Origin: Candidatus Latescibacterota bacterium
Lineage (GTDB): Bacteria; Latescibacterota; UBA2968; UBA8231
NCBI GenBank assembly: GCA_965204725.1
Contig: OZ242005.1
Location: forward strand, 512,001-576,000
Direction of reading: 5' to 3'
DNA length: 64,000 bases
Below the pieces are notes generated by a model, which was given only the letters and a program-made list of their open reading frames with translations, searched no databases and had not been told where the DNA came from. This document shows positions 9,108 to 18,642 of this stretch, piece by piece. The translations under genes and the position numbers were made by a program. Position 1 is the stretch's first letter, and each line of letters opens with the position of its first letter.

Positions 9108-10877
9108 ATGGAACACCAGCAACAAGATCCGCACCGGCCCCTCAACAGCCTCCTCGTGCCCGTGGTCTTGCTGTTCGCAGTTTTGGTCTTGCGGTTGTTT
9201 TATTTGCAAGTGGTCACCTCAGCCGACTACGCCCGCGAGTCCGAGGAAAACCGCATTGCTCAGCGGCGCGTCAAGGCCCCGCGTGGGCTGATCTACGACC
9301 GCGATGGCCGCATCTTGGCTCGCACCCGGCCATTTTACACCGTCTCCTTGGAGCGCACCACGTCCAAGGATTTCGAAGCGGCCACGGCCGCGTTTACAGA
9401 GGCCATCGGCGACCGCGAACTAGACGGCGAGTACAGCCGCAAATACCGCACCATCCGCCTCAAGCGCGATGTTGACTTTCGCACGGTATCGATCGTAGAG
9501 GAGCGGCTCAAGGCCGACTGGCCCCTGCTCGACATTGAAATCGAGACCCAGCGCTACTATCCCTACGGCACGGCGGCCGCCCACCTCCTCGGTTATATCG
9601 GCATCATCCGCGACCAAGATCTACAGGGCGAGAACGACAACGCCTATGTGCTCGGCGACTTTATCGGCAAGACCGGAATCGAGAAGGTTCACGAGAACAG
9701 CCTGCGCGGCCTCGACGGCATGTTGTACGTCGAGATTGATGCGGCCGGCCGCACGGGCCGGGAGTTTCCAGAGCGCGACCAACTCCCCGTGCCCGGTACG
9801 CCCCTGCACCTGACTGTTGACTTGGAAGTACAACTGGCGGCTGAACGCGCCTTACCCGATAGCTTGGCCGGCGCGCTCGTCGCGCTCGACCCGCGCACCG
9901 GGGCCGTGCTGGCCTTGGCCAACAAGCCGACCTTTGACCCCAACATTTTCGTGTCGTTTCAGGCTCAGAAAGAGCGGTGGCGGGTGCTGCAGAGCAAAGA
10001 TGTGCTGCTCAACCGCGCCTTGCAGGGGCGTTATCCCCCGGGCTCGACGCTCAAGATGGTCAGTGCCATCGCCGCGCTCGAAACAGGGGTCACCGATACC
10101 CTGAGCTTGTTTGAGCCCTGCTATGGTTCGCTGACTGTGGGGCGGACCAAGTTCCGCTGCCACAAGCGGACCGGCCACGGCGGCCTGACCCTCTTAGGGG
10201 CGATCGAGACCTCCTGCAACGTGTACTTCTACCATTTGGCGCGGCTGATGAGCATTGAAACGTGGCACGAGTACGCGGTCAAATTCGGCTTTGGCCAGCC
10301 GACCGGGATCGTCCACCCCGGAGAAGCCGCCGGTCTCCTACCCTCGCGCCAGTACCACCAAGAGCGCGGCGGCTGGTCTTTCGGGCACTTGCTCAACCTC
10401 TCCATTGGCCAAGGTGCCATGCTAGCCACGCCCATTCAAATGGCCCGCTACGTGGCCGCCATTGCCAACGGTGGCTACTTGGTCACTCCCTATATCAGCG
10501 GTGATCCCCCCCCCCGCCAGCGCATTGACGGCATTTCGCCGCGGACCTTCGCCATCGTGAGAAAGGCCATGCGCCGGGTCGTAGCCAGCGAAACCGGGAC
10601 CGGCCGCCGAGCGCGGGTTGACAGCGTCGCGATCGCGGCGAAGACCGGGACCGCGCAAGTGCCCAATCGGGACGACGACGCTTGGATGGTGGCCTTTGCT
10701 CCGTACGAAGATCCCGCCATTGTCATCGCGGCCGTGGTCGAAGGGGGCGGCAGCGGTGGGGAGCGAGTCGGCCCGATTGTGCGCGAGGTCGTCCGCGCCT
10801 TCTGCATCCAAGAGGGCATCATCGAGCCGGAAGCAGCCCAAGCTGATACGCTCTTGGCTAACCACGGGACGCTTTAG
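9108..10877 (+). CDS. mrdA: Penicillin-binding protein 2
   Basis: APRGLIYDR; catalytic STLK, SCN and KTG motifs. Confidence 0.93.
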   Translation: MEHQQQDPHRPLNSLLVPVVLLFAVLVLRLFYLQVVTSADYARESEENRIAQRRVKAPRGLIYDRDGRILARTRPFYTVSLERTTSKDFEAATAAFTEAIGDRELDGEYSRKYRTIRLKRDVDFRTVSIVEERLKADWPLLDIEIETQRYYPYGTAAAHLLGYIGIIRDQDLQGENDNAYVLGDFIGKTGIEKVHENSLRGLDGMLYVEIDAAGRTGREFPERDQLPVPGTPLHLTVDLEVQLAAERALPDSLAGALVALDPRTGAVLALANKPTFDPNIFVSFQAQKERWRVLQSKDVLLNRALQGRYPPGSTLKMVSAIAALETGVTDTLSLFEPCYGSLTVGRTKFRCHKRTGHGGLTLLGAIETSCNVYFYHLARLMSIETWHEYAVKFGFGQPTGIVHPGEAAGLLPSRQYHQERGGWSFGHLLNLSIGQGAMLATPIQMARYVAAIANGGYLVTPYISGDPPPRQRIDGISPRTFAIVRKAMRRVVASETGTGRRARVDSVAIAAKTGTAQVPNRDDDAWMVAFAPYEDPAIVIAAVVEGGGSGGERVGPIVREVVRAFCIQEGIIEPEAAQADTLLANHGTL

Positions 10878-10880
10878 CGC

Positions 10881-12119
10881 ATGCGCCTGCTCCGCCAACT
10901 CGACTTCCCGCTCCTAATTGCGACTTTGGCGACCGTGCTGATGGGTATCGTCGCAATCTATAGTGCTACGTATCACAACGACTCGACTGCGGTGCAGAAC
11001 GCGTGGAGTAAGCAGGGCCTATTCGCGATCGTGGCCTTTGGCGTGGCCTTAGCCATCGTCTATATCCCGGAAAAGATCATTTACAGCGTGGCTTATCTGC
11101 TGTACGTGCCCAGCATTGTGAGCCTCGTCGCGGTGTTGGCTTGGGGCACGGGCGACGTTACCCGCTGGTTGCGTCTAGGGCCGTTGATATTGCAGCCTTC
11201 GGAGTTGGTCAAGATCGCGACCATCATCGCGCTAGCGCGCTACTTGAGCGACCGCAGCGTCGAGCGCATGAACTCCTTCGGCGGCTTTCTCGGGGCCTTG
11301 GGCCTCATATTGGTTCCGATCGCCTTGATTGTGCGTCAGCCCGACTTGGGGACCGCAATTTCTTTTGGCGCGCCGTTTTTCCCCATGCTGTATTGGGCGG
11401 GAATGCGCAAGTTCTTCATCTTCCTCGTCATCTCTCCGCTCATCAGCGTCCTCTGCTCTTTAGAGCCCCTGTGGCAAGCGGGCACTCCGTACATCTTCGC
11501 CGCGTTTGTCGTCGGCAGCACCTTCTTGATCCACCATTTTCTGCGCCGGCTCTGGCTGACCATATCCATGGCTTTCGTCAATACCTCGGCGGGTTTGCTC
11601 ACGGTGTACTTTTTGGAGCACTTCCTGCATCCATACCAGAAGGCCCGCATTATGACCTTCTTCAATCCAGAGAGCGATCCGCTCGGCTCCGGGTGGAACA
11701 TCATCCAATCCAAGATCGCCATTGGCTCCGGCGGACTGACGGGCAAGGGCTTTTTAGAAGGAACGCAGACCAAGCACGAGTTTCTGCCAGTGGCCCATAC
11801 GGACTTCATCTTCTCGGTCATTGGGGAGGAGGGCGGGTTTGCCTTGGGCCTGATAGTGCTGAGCCTGTTCTTTTTTCTCATCTACCGGGCGCTGCACATC
11901 GCCTCTGTTGCCAATAATGCCTTTTACAGCCTGACGGCCGTCGGCTTGGCCGCGATGCTGACCTTTCACGTGTTCATCAATATCGGCATGACCATCGGCG
12001 TCATGCCCATCACCGGCCTGCCGCTGCCCTTTCTCAGCTCGGGCGGCTCCTCGCTGCTGTCCAACCTCATCGCCATTGGCCTGCTCCTCCACATTGCCAC
12101 GTACCGCCACGAGTTCTGA
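10881..12119 (+). CDS. rodA: Rod shape-determining SEDS glycosyltransferase RodA
   Basis: QPSELVK, QPDLGT, QSKIAIGSGG, HTDFIFS, GLPLPFLS. Confidence 0.95.
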   Translation: MRLLRQLDFPLLIATLATVLMGIVAIYSATYHNDSTAVQNAWSKQGLFAIVAFGVALAIVYIPEKIIYSVAYLLYVPSIVSLVAVLAWGTGDVTRWLRLGPLILQPSELVKIATIIALARYLSDRSVERMNSFGGFLGALGLILVPIALIVRQPDLGTAISFGAPFFPMLYWAGMRKFFIFLVISPLISVLCSLEPLWQAGTPYIFAAFVVGSTFLIHHFLRRLWLTISMAFVNTSAGLLTVYFLEHFLHPYQKARIMTFFNPESDPLGSGWNIIQSKIAIGSGGLTGKGFLEGTQTKHEFLPVAHTDFIFSVIGEEGGFALGLIVLSLFFFLIYRALHIASVANNAFYSLTAVGLAAMLTFHVFINIGMTIGVMPITGLPLPFLSSGGSSLLSNLIAIGLLLHIATYRHEF

Positions 12120-13178
12120 ATGCGCGTCGCTAGACAGGCCGTTTGCTGCGCCCTGCTCGGCGCGTTTGTCATCAGCAACCCGCAATGTGGCACCTACCGA
12201 GCCGAGCACGCCCAGCTAGCGCGGGCCTATTTGCTCGATGGCCTCTACAGCCGAGCCTTGGTTGAGACTCGTCGCGCCATCCGTCAAGACGGGCCGGACG
12301 ACCGCTTGCTCCTCATCAGTGCTCTGGCCCGACTGGGGCTAGGCGAGGTGGATGCCGCGCTGGAGTTGGTCGGCCAAGCCATTGCCTTGGCGCCGGACAA
12401 CGACGATCTGTACAGCGCATTGCGCAACATTTGTCAAAGGGAAGAGCGCTACGCCCAAACCGCAGAACTGCTCGCCCTCCTGCGCGCAGACTACGGCCCG
12501 AGCGCGTCGCTGTGGGCGACCGAAGGCTGGCTCCATGCTCGGCAGGAGCGACTCGATGCAGCCATAGAAGCACTGCGCCACGCCATTCAACTCGACGAGC
12601 ATCACCTCTTCGCCCACGCGGAACTCGGCCGCCTCTTGATCTCCGAAGGGCGACTGGCCGAGGCCGAGACCGCGCTCACCGAGGCTGTGCGCCTCCAACC
12701 TGACGACCCCCAACTCGCCCTCGCCTTGGGGGATTGCCAACTCCGCCAAGGGCTTGCTGCCCGGGCCGCTCGCACGTTTGACCACGCACTGAAAGCCGGC
12801 GTCATCAGCGCTGTTGACATCGCCCGCATCTATTACGAGCGCGAGCAACCCGACCGCGCCATTGAATACTACGAGCGCGCCTTGGCCGGTGCGCCAGACG
12901 ACCCGCTGATCCTCAACAATTTGGCTTGGACTTATGCAGAAGAAGGCCGGCGCCTTAGCTATGCCCTCAATCTGTCGATGCGGGCGGTCAAGCTCGATGC
13001 GGAAAGCCCAGTCTATTTGGATACCTATGCGGAATTGCTGCACCTGTTGGGGCGGCATGCGTACGCGGTGGCCATTATGCAGCAAGCCCTCGCGCTTGAG
13101 CCAGCCGATGGCGAGCACCGGGCCTATCTCGAAGGCCAGATGGCAAAATTCCGCCGTGCGCTCGCCGTGCGCCTGTGA
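12120..13178 (+). CDS. Tetratricopeptide-repeat protein
   Basis: Repeated TPR-like helices, LNNLAW and YLDTYA. Confidence 0.85.
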   Translation: MRVARQAVCCALLGAFVISNPQCGTYRAEHAQLARAYLLDGLYSRALVETRRAIRQDGPDDRLLLISALARLGLGEVDAALELVGQAIALAPDNDDLYSALRNICQREERYAQTAELLALLRADYGPSASLWATEGWLHARQERLDAAIEALRHAIQLDEHHLFAHAELGRLLISEGRLAEAETALTEAVRLQPDDPQLALALGDCQLRQGLAARAARTFDHALKAGVISAVDIARIYYEREQPDRAIEYYERALAGAPDDPLILNNLAWTYAEEGRRLSYALNLSMRAVKLDAESPVYLDTYAELLHLLGRHAYAVAIMQQALALEPADGEHRAYLEGQMAKFRRALAVRL

Positions 13179-13179
13179 G

Positions 13180-14208
13180 TTAGGTTCGGTAGTGTTGGTA
13201 ATCGATCTCGAGGTGTTCTAGCTTTGCGTACAGGCTTTTGCGAGACAGACCTACGTCTTCGGCCACTTGCGAAATCACCCCGCGGTGCCGGTGCAGGGCC
13301 TCGCAGAGAAAGTGCCGCTCAAACGAACTCCGCGCTTCTCTAAAACCGCGCCGGCCCCGTTTGGGCTCGTCTTCATCCTTCCAATGGACGATTTCTTCCG
13401 GCACGTCCTCCTTCCGCAACAAGCTGTCGCCGGCAAGGAGAACCATGCGTTCGAGCGCGTTTTCTAATTGCCGCACATTGCCCGGCCACGGATAGGTCAA
13501 GAAGAGCTCTAAGGCCGCGGCGTCGAGGCCGCGAATTTTGCACCTGTTTTGCGCCGCCAAGCGGCGGATAAAGTATTCGATTAACAGGGGAATGTCGCCC
13601 TTGCGCTGGCGCAGCGGCGGCAGCTTTAGCGGCACGACGTTGAGCCGGTAGAAGAGGTCTTCGCGGAAGGTTCCTTTGCAGGTCTCTTCCCATAAATTAA
13701 CGTTGGTCGCGGCAATAACCCGCACATCCACCCGCAAGGTCTCCGTGCCCCCGACGCGCTCAAATTCGCGTTCTTGCAGAACGCGCAACAGGCGCAGTTG
13801 TACGCGCATATCTGCCGCGCCAATCTCGTCGAGAAACAAGGTGCCGCGATCGGCGAGCTCAAAGCGGCCTAGGCGTTGGCGGATCGCGCCGGTAAAGGCG
13901 CCTTTCTCATGCCCAAACAGCTCGCTCTCCAAGACGCCTTCGGGCAGCGAGGCACAGTTGAGCCGCACAAACGAGGCCCTGCGCCTTAGACTGCGCCCGT
14001 GCAAGCGCCGCGCCAGCACTTCTTTCCCCGTGCCGCTTTCGCCGGTGAGGAGCACGGTCGCTGGGGACTTGGCGACCCGGTCCACTTGGGCCAGCAGGCG
14101 GCGGACTTGGGCGTTTTGGGTGATAAACTCGGAATGGTCGGGACCGCGGGGGGAGGACGCACCCATTCGAGCAGTCGCGTCCGAGTTAGCAGACGTACCA
14201 GAATACAC
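13180..14208 (-). CDS. Sigma54-dependent transcriptional activator (AAA+ and Fis HTH, no N-terminal sensor domain)
   Basis: GESGTGKE, ESELFGHEKGAFTGA, FLDEIG, WPGNVRQL, C-terminal HTH; GTG at 14208 preceded by GGGAGG. Confidence 0.9.
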   Translation of the reverse strand: MYSGTSANSDATARMGASSPRGPDHSEFITQNAQVRRLLAQVDRVAKSPATVLLTGESGTGKEVLARRLHGRSLRRRASFVRLNCASLPEGVLESELFGHEKGAFTGAIRQRLGRFELADRGTLFLDEIGAADMRVQLRLLRVLQEREFERVGGTETLRVDVRVIAATNVNLWEETCKGTFREDLFYRLNVVPLKLPPLRQRKGDIPLLIEYFIRRLAAQNRCKIRGLDAAALELFLTYPWPGNVRQLENALERMVLLAGDSLLRKEDVPEEIVHWKDEDEPKRGRRGFREARSSFERHFLCEALHRHRGVISQVAEDVGLSRKSLYAKLEHLEIDYQHYRT

Positions 14209-14259
14209 AGAGAACCTCCCTTTCTTTTTCTTATTTGGATATTCAATACATAAGTGAAT

Positions 14260-14287
14260 ATAATACGCCAACAAAGACGATTGTCAA
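14260..14287 (-). promoter_or_regulatory. Sigma70-type promoter for the sigma54 activator
   Basis: TTGACA-N16-TATTAT on the minus strand. Confidence 0.6.
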
Positions 14288-14310
14288 GAATAACCAATGC
14301 AGATCGGGGA

Positions 14311-15087
14311 TTAGACTAAGATGGAGGGCTTATCGGCGCAGAGCTCGGAAACCAAGCTGTTGTAGTTGTTGGAGCCTCGCGAGGCTGCGTCGTAGAGTGC
14401 GATGGGCTGGCTAAAACCTGGGGCCTCGGCCAAGCTAATGTTGCGGTTGATGATCGTCTGATAAACCTTATCGCCGAAGTGGTTGCGTACTTCTTGGGCC
14501 ACGCGGCGGCAAAGCTGCAAGCGATCGTCGTACAGAGTGAGTAAAACGCCCTCGATTTCGAGGTTGGGGTTGAGATAGCGCCGCACTACGCGGATGGAAT
14601 TGCTGAGATTGCTCACGCCTTCTAGGGCATAATACTCGCACTGCACCGGGATGAGAACGGAATCAGCGGCGCTCAGCGCGTTGATCGTGAGCAAGCCCAA
14701 AGACGGCGGGCAATCAATGAGTACAAATTCGTACTGTTCCTTTACCGGGCGCAGGGCCTCGGCCAGCCGCTTGTCGCGCCCGACGATGGAGCTCATCTCC
14801 ACTTCGGCACCCGCGAGACGGATGTGCCCAGGCACTACGGAGAGGCCCTTTATATAGGTGGGAAAGGTCGCCGAGGAGGCGCTGAGCTGGCCTAGCAAGA
14901 CCTCGTAGGTAGAGGCGTAGTCGCTGCCGAGCTCGGCGTTGCAGCCACTCGTGGCATTGGCCTGCGGGTCTAAGTCGATGAGTAAGGTTCGGAACCCGGA
15001 AAGGGCCAGACAGGCGGCGAGATTGACGGCCGTAGTGGTTTTGCCAACCCCGCCTTTTTGATTGGCGATGGCGATGATTTTGCCCAT
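14311..15087 (-). CDS. parA: ParA/Soj family ATPase (no adjacent parB)
   Basis: [44 protein letters not shown]. Confidence 0.9.
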   Translation of the reverse strand: MGKIIAIANQKGGVGKTTTAVNLAACLALSGFRTLLIDLDPQANATSGCNAELGSDYASTYEVLLGQLSASSATFPTYIKGLSVVPGHIRLAGAEVEMSSIVGRDKRLAEALRPVKEQYEFVLIDCPPSLGLLTINALSAADSVLIPVQCEYYALEGVSNLSNSIRVVRRYLNPNLEIEGVLLTLYDDRLQLCRRVAQEVRNHFGDKVYQTIINRNISLAEAPGFSQPIALYDAASRGSNNYNSLVSELCADKPSILV

Positions 15088-15193
15088 ACCTATACTTTGC
15101 CTCGTCAAAGCCTGCAAAAAGGCTTAACTAGCTAGATTCGGCACCGCGCCTAGGCGCGGCTCCGTGTTTTAATGAGCACAAACTAAGCGGGCC

Positions 15194-15230
15194 AAAAGGC
15201 CACTCCCACAGCAGAAGGGAGCGACCAAAA
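15194..15230 (-). terminator. Intrinsic terminator-like hairpin in the parA upstream region
   Basis: Minus strand GGTCGCTCCC-N9-GGGAGTGGCC-TTTT; 10-bp stem with two G-U pairs that form only on the minus strand. Confidence 0.55.
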
Positions 15231-15279
15231 CCGTACTCAGGGGAGTTGTACAGAAGGCCCTAATCACCGCCTCTCCCTC

Positions 15280-15307
15280 AATATAAGGCGGCACAACGGC
15301 TCGTCAA
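15280..15307 (-). promoter_or_regulatory. Sigma70-type promoter facing parA
   Basis: TTGACG-N16-TATATT on the minus strand. Confidence 0.5.
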
Positions 15308-15485
15308 GGGCTTGTGCCAATTTGGTTACAGCCCAGTAGAAAAAAGTTTATAAGATCATATAAAATAATATGTTATAAACTTCAATAAATGGGTTGTCGC
15401 GCCGGCGTCGCCAAGTTTTTGGGCCGGCGGCGGGCGCGGTTCCTTATTATTGTTTCTCGCACCTAAAATCCAGAAACGAAAGACG

Positions 15486-16286
15486 ATGCAAAGCGATTCC
15501 ACATTCTCAGAATTAGTTGCTATCATGGCGCGTCTGCGCGGCCCCGATGGCTGCCCTTGGGACCGCAAGCAAACGCACGCCACGCTCCGGCCCTACCTGT
15601 TGGAGGAGGCGTATGAGGCCCTCGAAGCCATTGACGCGGCAGACGATGCCGAGTTGTGCGAGGAGCTGGGCGATGTGTTGCTGCAAGTGGTGTTCCACGC
15701 CCAGATCGCGGCTGAGGAGGGCCGCTTCGACATCGAGGCGGTCGGCCAAGCCATCGTCGATAAGCTGGTTCGCCGCCACCCCCATGTCTTCGACGATGCG
15801 AGTGCAGACGGGGCGGACGAGGTTTTACTCCGCTGGGAGCAGATCAAAAAGCAGGAGCGTCGGGAGCAAGGAAAAGCCGCCCCTTCGTTGCTGGAGGGCA
15901 TTCCCAAGCACCTCCCCGCCCTAATGCGCGCCCATCGGGTCCAAGCGCACGTTGCCCAGCAGGGGTTTGATTGGGACGACATAGATGGAGCGCTCGACAA
16001 GGTCGAAGAGGAATTCGCCGAAGTGCGCCGGGCTTGGGAGCAGGGGAAAGCGGCGGCGGTTGAGGAGGAGTTTGGCGACTTGCTCTTTTCGTTGGTCAAC
16101 GCCAGCCGATTCCTCAAAGTAGAGCCTGAGCAGGCCCTCAGACGGGCTGTCGCCAAGTTCGAGCACCGCTTCCGCGCCCTAGAGGAGACCGTGCATGCGC
16201 GGGGCGAGGAAGTGGCCGCGCTCTCGCTGGCCGTTCTAGACGAGATATGGGACGAAGTGAAAGCGCGCGAAAAGCCCGAAGGATAA
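15486..16286 (+). CDS. mazG: Nucleoside triphosphate pyrophosphohydrolase MazG
   Basis: GCPWDRKQT, EEAYE, EELGDVLLQVVFH, RRHPHVF, EEFGDLLF. Confidence 0.95.
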   Translation: MQSDSTFSELVAIMARLRGPDGCPWDRKQTHATLRPYLLEEAYEALEAIDAADDAELCEELGDVLLQVVFHAQIAAEEGRFDIEAVGQAIVDKLVRRHPHVFDDASADGADEVLLRWEQIKKQERREQGKAAPSLLEGIPKHLPALMRAHRVQAHVAQQGFDWDDIDGALDKVEEEFAEVRRAWEQGKAAAVEEEFGDLLFSLVNASRFLKVEPEQALRRAVAKFEHRFRALEETVHARGEEVAALSLAVLDEIWDEVKAREKPEG

Positions 16287-16295
16287 GGAGGCGAC

Positions 16296-17009
16296 ATGGA
16301 ACTGGCACTCGATAGGGTTCCCTTGCGCGTTGACGTGCTCTTTTGCGCCACAGTCTTGGGCGTCTTGGTGCTTGCGGTATTGGCCGTGCGCGTTGCTGCC
16401 CAGCGCACCGGCCAACCCATCGACCTGTGGACGATGCGGGCCACTGCGGCAGCGGGGCTGTGGTTGGTGGCGACCGGACTGGCCGCGCTGTCGGGCGCGT
16501 TGCGCGGCTTCTCGCTCCCCCTGTTCACCGCTTTGATGATCCTAACGGGTGGTGTGGCCTTTTCGCGGGCGGGGGCCGCGCTGCTGGCGGCCGTTGGCCC
16601 GGTTGGGCTGATTGGCTTCCAGTTTTTCCGCGTGCCGGTCGCCATGTTCCTACGAGGAATGTACCAAGCGGGGCAGGCGCCGGTGCAGATGACCTACGAA
16701 GGGCTCAACTTCGATATCTTCGTCGGCTTGACCGCTCCGGCCATGGCTTGGTTGGTCTGGCGCGGCAAGGCGCGGTCCTACGCGATATGGGCTTGGAATG
16801 CGTTTGGACTGGTGCTGCTGGTCGAGGCGATCGCCATCGCGGCCCTCTCCATGCCGACGGAGTTCCGCGTCTTCACCAACGAGCCGGCTAGCACGTTCTC
16901 GACCTCTGCGCCTTACATCTGGCTGCCAACGGTCTTGGCTCCCGCCGCCCTAGTAGGTCATTTGTTGGTATTGCGCTGGCTGTCGTCGAGTTGCTCCCGG
17001 TCGAGATAA
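16296..17009 (+). CDS. Integral membrane protein of unknown function
   Basis: Multiple TM segments; RBS AGGAGG; FQFFR, NFDI and PYIWLP motifs. Confidence 0.7.
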   Translation: MELALDRVPLRVDVLFCATVLGVLVLAVLAVRVAAQRTGQPIDLWTMRATAAAGLWLVATGLAALSGALRGFSLPLFTALMILTGGVAFSRAGAALLAAVGPVGLIGFQFFRVPVAMFLRGMYQAGQAPVQMTYEGLNFDIFVGLTAPAMAWLVWRGKARSYAIWAWNAFGLVLLVEAIAIAALSMPTEFRVFTNEPASTFSTSAPYIWLPTVLAPAALVGHLLVLRWLSSSCSRSR

Positions 17010-18490
17010 TCCATGGCCGGATCGAGCCGCCAGCGGCACTGGTCGGGGGGCTGGATGGTGCGGCCCCATGCGGTTAGGATGGACCGGTCTGTGCGGAGCA
17101 CGGCTAGGCGTGCGGCGATTCGCTCTGGATCCCAGCCGTCTAGGACTTCGGCTTTGAGCGCGGCCAGCGTCTGTTGGTGCGCCGGATCGGCCGCTAGGTC
17201 GCAGCGCTCGCGCGGGTCGGCTTGGAGGTTAAAGAGCTGGCAGGGCTGGCCGTGGTAGTAGTTGAGCTTCCACGGCCCGCGCCGAATCATGCGCTGAAAA
17301 ATGCCCTCGGCCGGGAAGGGACCGCCGGCCCCGGCTGCGTCTTGGCAAAACTCGGAGAAGGCGACGTCGTCCCACGCGGCGTTTTGGGGATCCGCGAGCA
17401 AGGGCAGGACGCTGCGGCCCCGCGAGTTGGGCAGGGCCGGGCAGCCCAAGGCGTCGAGCATGGTCGCGTTGAGGTCGAGGGAGGAAATTACCCGGTCGCA
17501 ACGAGTGCCGGCGGGCAAGTGACCGGGCCAAGCGAGTATGGCCGGCACCTTAACCGAGTCTTCGTAAAAGGTCTGCTTCCACCACAGCCCGTGCTCGCCG
17601 ACCTGCTCGCCGTGGTCCGACGTATAGAGGATGAGGGTGTTTTCCTCCAAGTCGTTTTCTCTCAGCGCGGCTACGATCTGGCCGATCAGGGCGTCCATGC
17701 GGTGGACGAGCGCCCAATAGGCCGCGCGGGCGCGGCGGGTCTCTTCCGCGCTGACTTCCTCGATGTCGCAGGCTTGACGCCAGCGCTTGAGGTGGGGATG
17801 CAGGTGGTCGCCGAAGGGTTCGGGGGTTTGCGGCGGGGTGATGTTTTCATAGTAGTAGCGATAGTCTTGCAAGCGGGCGACAAAAGGCTGGTGCGGCAGC
17901 ATGAAACCGACCGAGAGCGAGAACGGCTCGGCCCCTTGGCCCGTGCGCTTGGCCACGCCGAGGCGATTGAGGTAGTCAACGGTCGCGGCGGTGACGTCTT
18001 CGTCGTGGACTTGATAGGCGCTTTGGCCGTGGCCGGACAGGCGCAGGCTGACGCGGCTCGGCCCGGCCGTGCCCGAGAGTTGGCCGTGATCAACGCCTTG
18101 GCCCCCGGGCTGGTTGGGGCCGTGATCGCCGACGAGCCGCTCCGCGTATCCGTGTAGTTGGTCCGGCCCAACCGAGTGCATGCGGCCGACGAGAACAGGG
18201 CGATAGCCGCCGGCGCCCATGGCGTGGGCGAGGGTGGGGATGCCGGAGTCGAGGATGTGGGAGTTGGTCCAGACTTGGTTGTCGCAGGGGTAGCGGCCCG
18301 AGAGCATGGACATCCGCGAGGGAACGCAAATGGGCGAGGGGCAATAGGTGTTGTCGAACACTACGCCGCGCGCCGCGAGGGCATCGAGGTGGGGGGTTTC
18401 GACTAGGGGATCGCCATAGCAGCCGGCGACGTAGGGGCTGTGTTGGTCGGAGTGGATGTACAGCAGGTTGGGGCGGGGGTCGCGGCTCAT
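16958..18490 (-). CDS. Formylglycine-dependent sulfatase (choline-sulfatase-like)
   Basis: RPNLLYIHSDQH, CVPSR (CxPxR), YTSDHGE, GLWWKQTFY. Confidence 0.9.
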   Translation of the reverse strand: MSRDPRPNLLYIHSDQHSPYVAGCYGDPLVETPHLDALAARGVVFDNTYCPSPICVPSRMSMLSGRYPCDNQVWTNSHILDSGIPTLAHAMGAGGYRPVLVGRMHSVGPDQLHGYAERLVGDHGPNQPGGQGVDHGQLSGTAGPSRVSLRLSGHGQSAYQVHDEDVTAATVDYLNRLGVAKRTGQGAEPFSLSVGFMLPHQPFVARLQDYRYYYENITPPQTPEPFGDHLHPHLKRWRQACDIEEVSAEETRRARAAYWALVHRMDALIGQIVAALRENDLEENTLILYTSDHGEQVGEHGLWWKQTFYEDSVKVPAILAWPGHLPAGTRCDRVISSLDLNATMLDALGCPALPNSRGRSVLPLLADPQNAAWDDVAFSEFCQDAAGAGGPFPAEGIFQRMIRRGPWKLNYYHGQPCQLFNLQADPRERCDLAADPAHQQTLAALKAEVLDGWDPERIAARLAVLRTDRSILTAWGRTIQPPDQCRWRLDPAMDYLDREQLDDSQRNTNK

Positions 18491-18642
18491 AGTGCTAATA
18501 CCTCGTCGGTTGGGTGGTGCGCGACAAGGTACGCGGCTGGGCCGGGCCGAGCAAGGCGCGGTTGAGCGGGTTTTCTCGCGCTGTTGCATTGTGTACGTTT
18601 TTTGCACGACAAACCACAAGCGATGGAGATTGGAGATTGGAT

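Noticed and set aside
15144-15159. 16-bp palindrome near parA as parS
   Set aside because: Does not resemble TGTTTCACGTGAAACA and no parB is present
15303-15318. Minus-strand TGGCAC as a sigma54 promoter for parA
   Set aside because: Spacing is off by one and the -12 GC is missing (TGGCACAAGCCCTTGA)
16958-17009. 52-bp 3' overlap of convergent genes as antisense regulation
   Set aside because: Such overlaps are common and are explained by stop-codon drift
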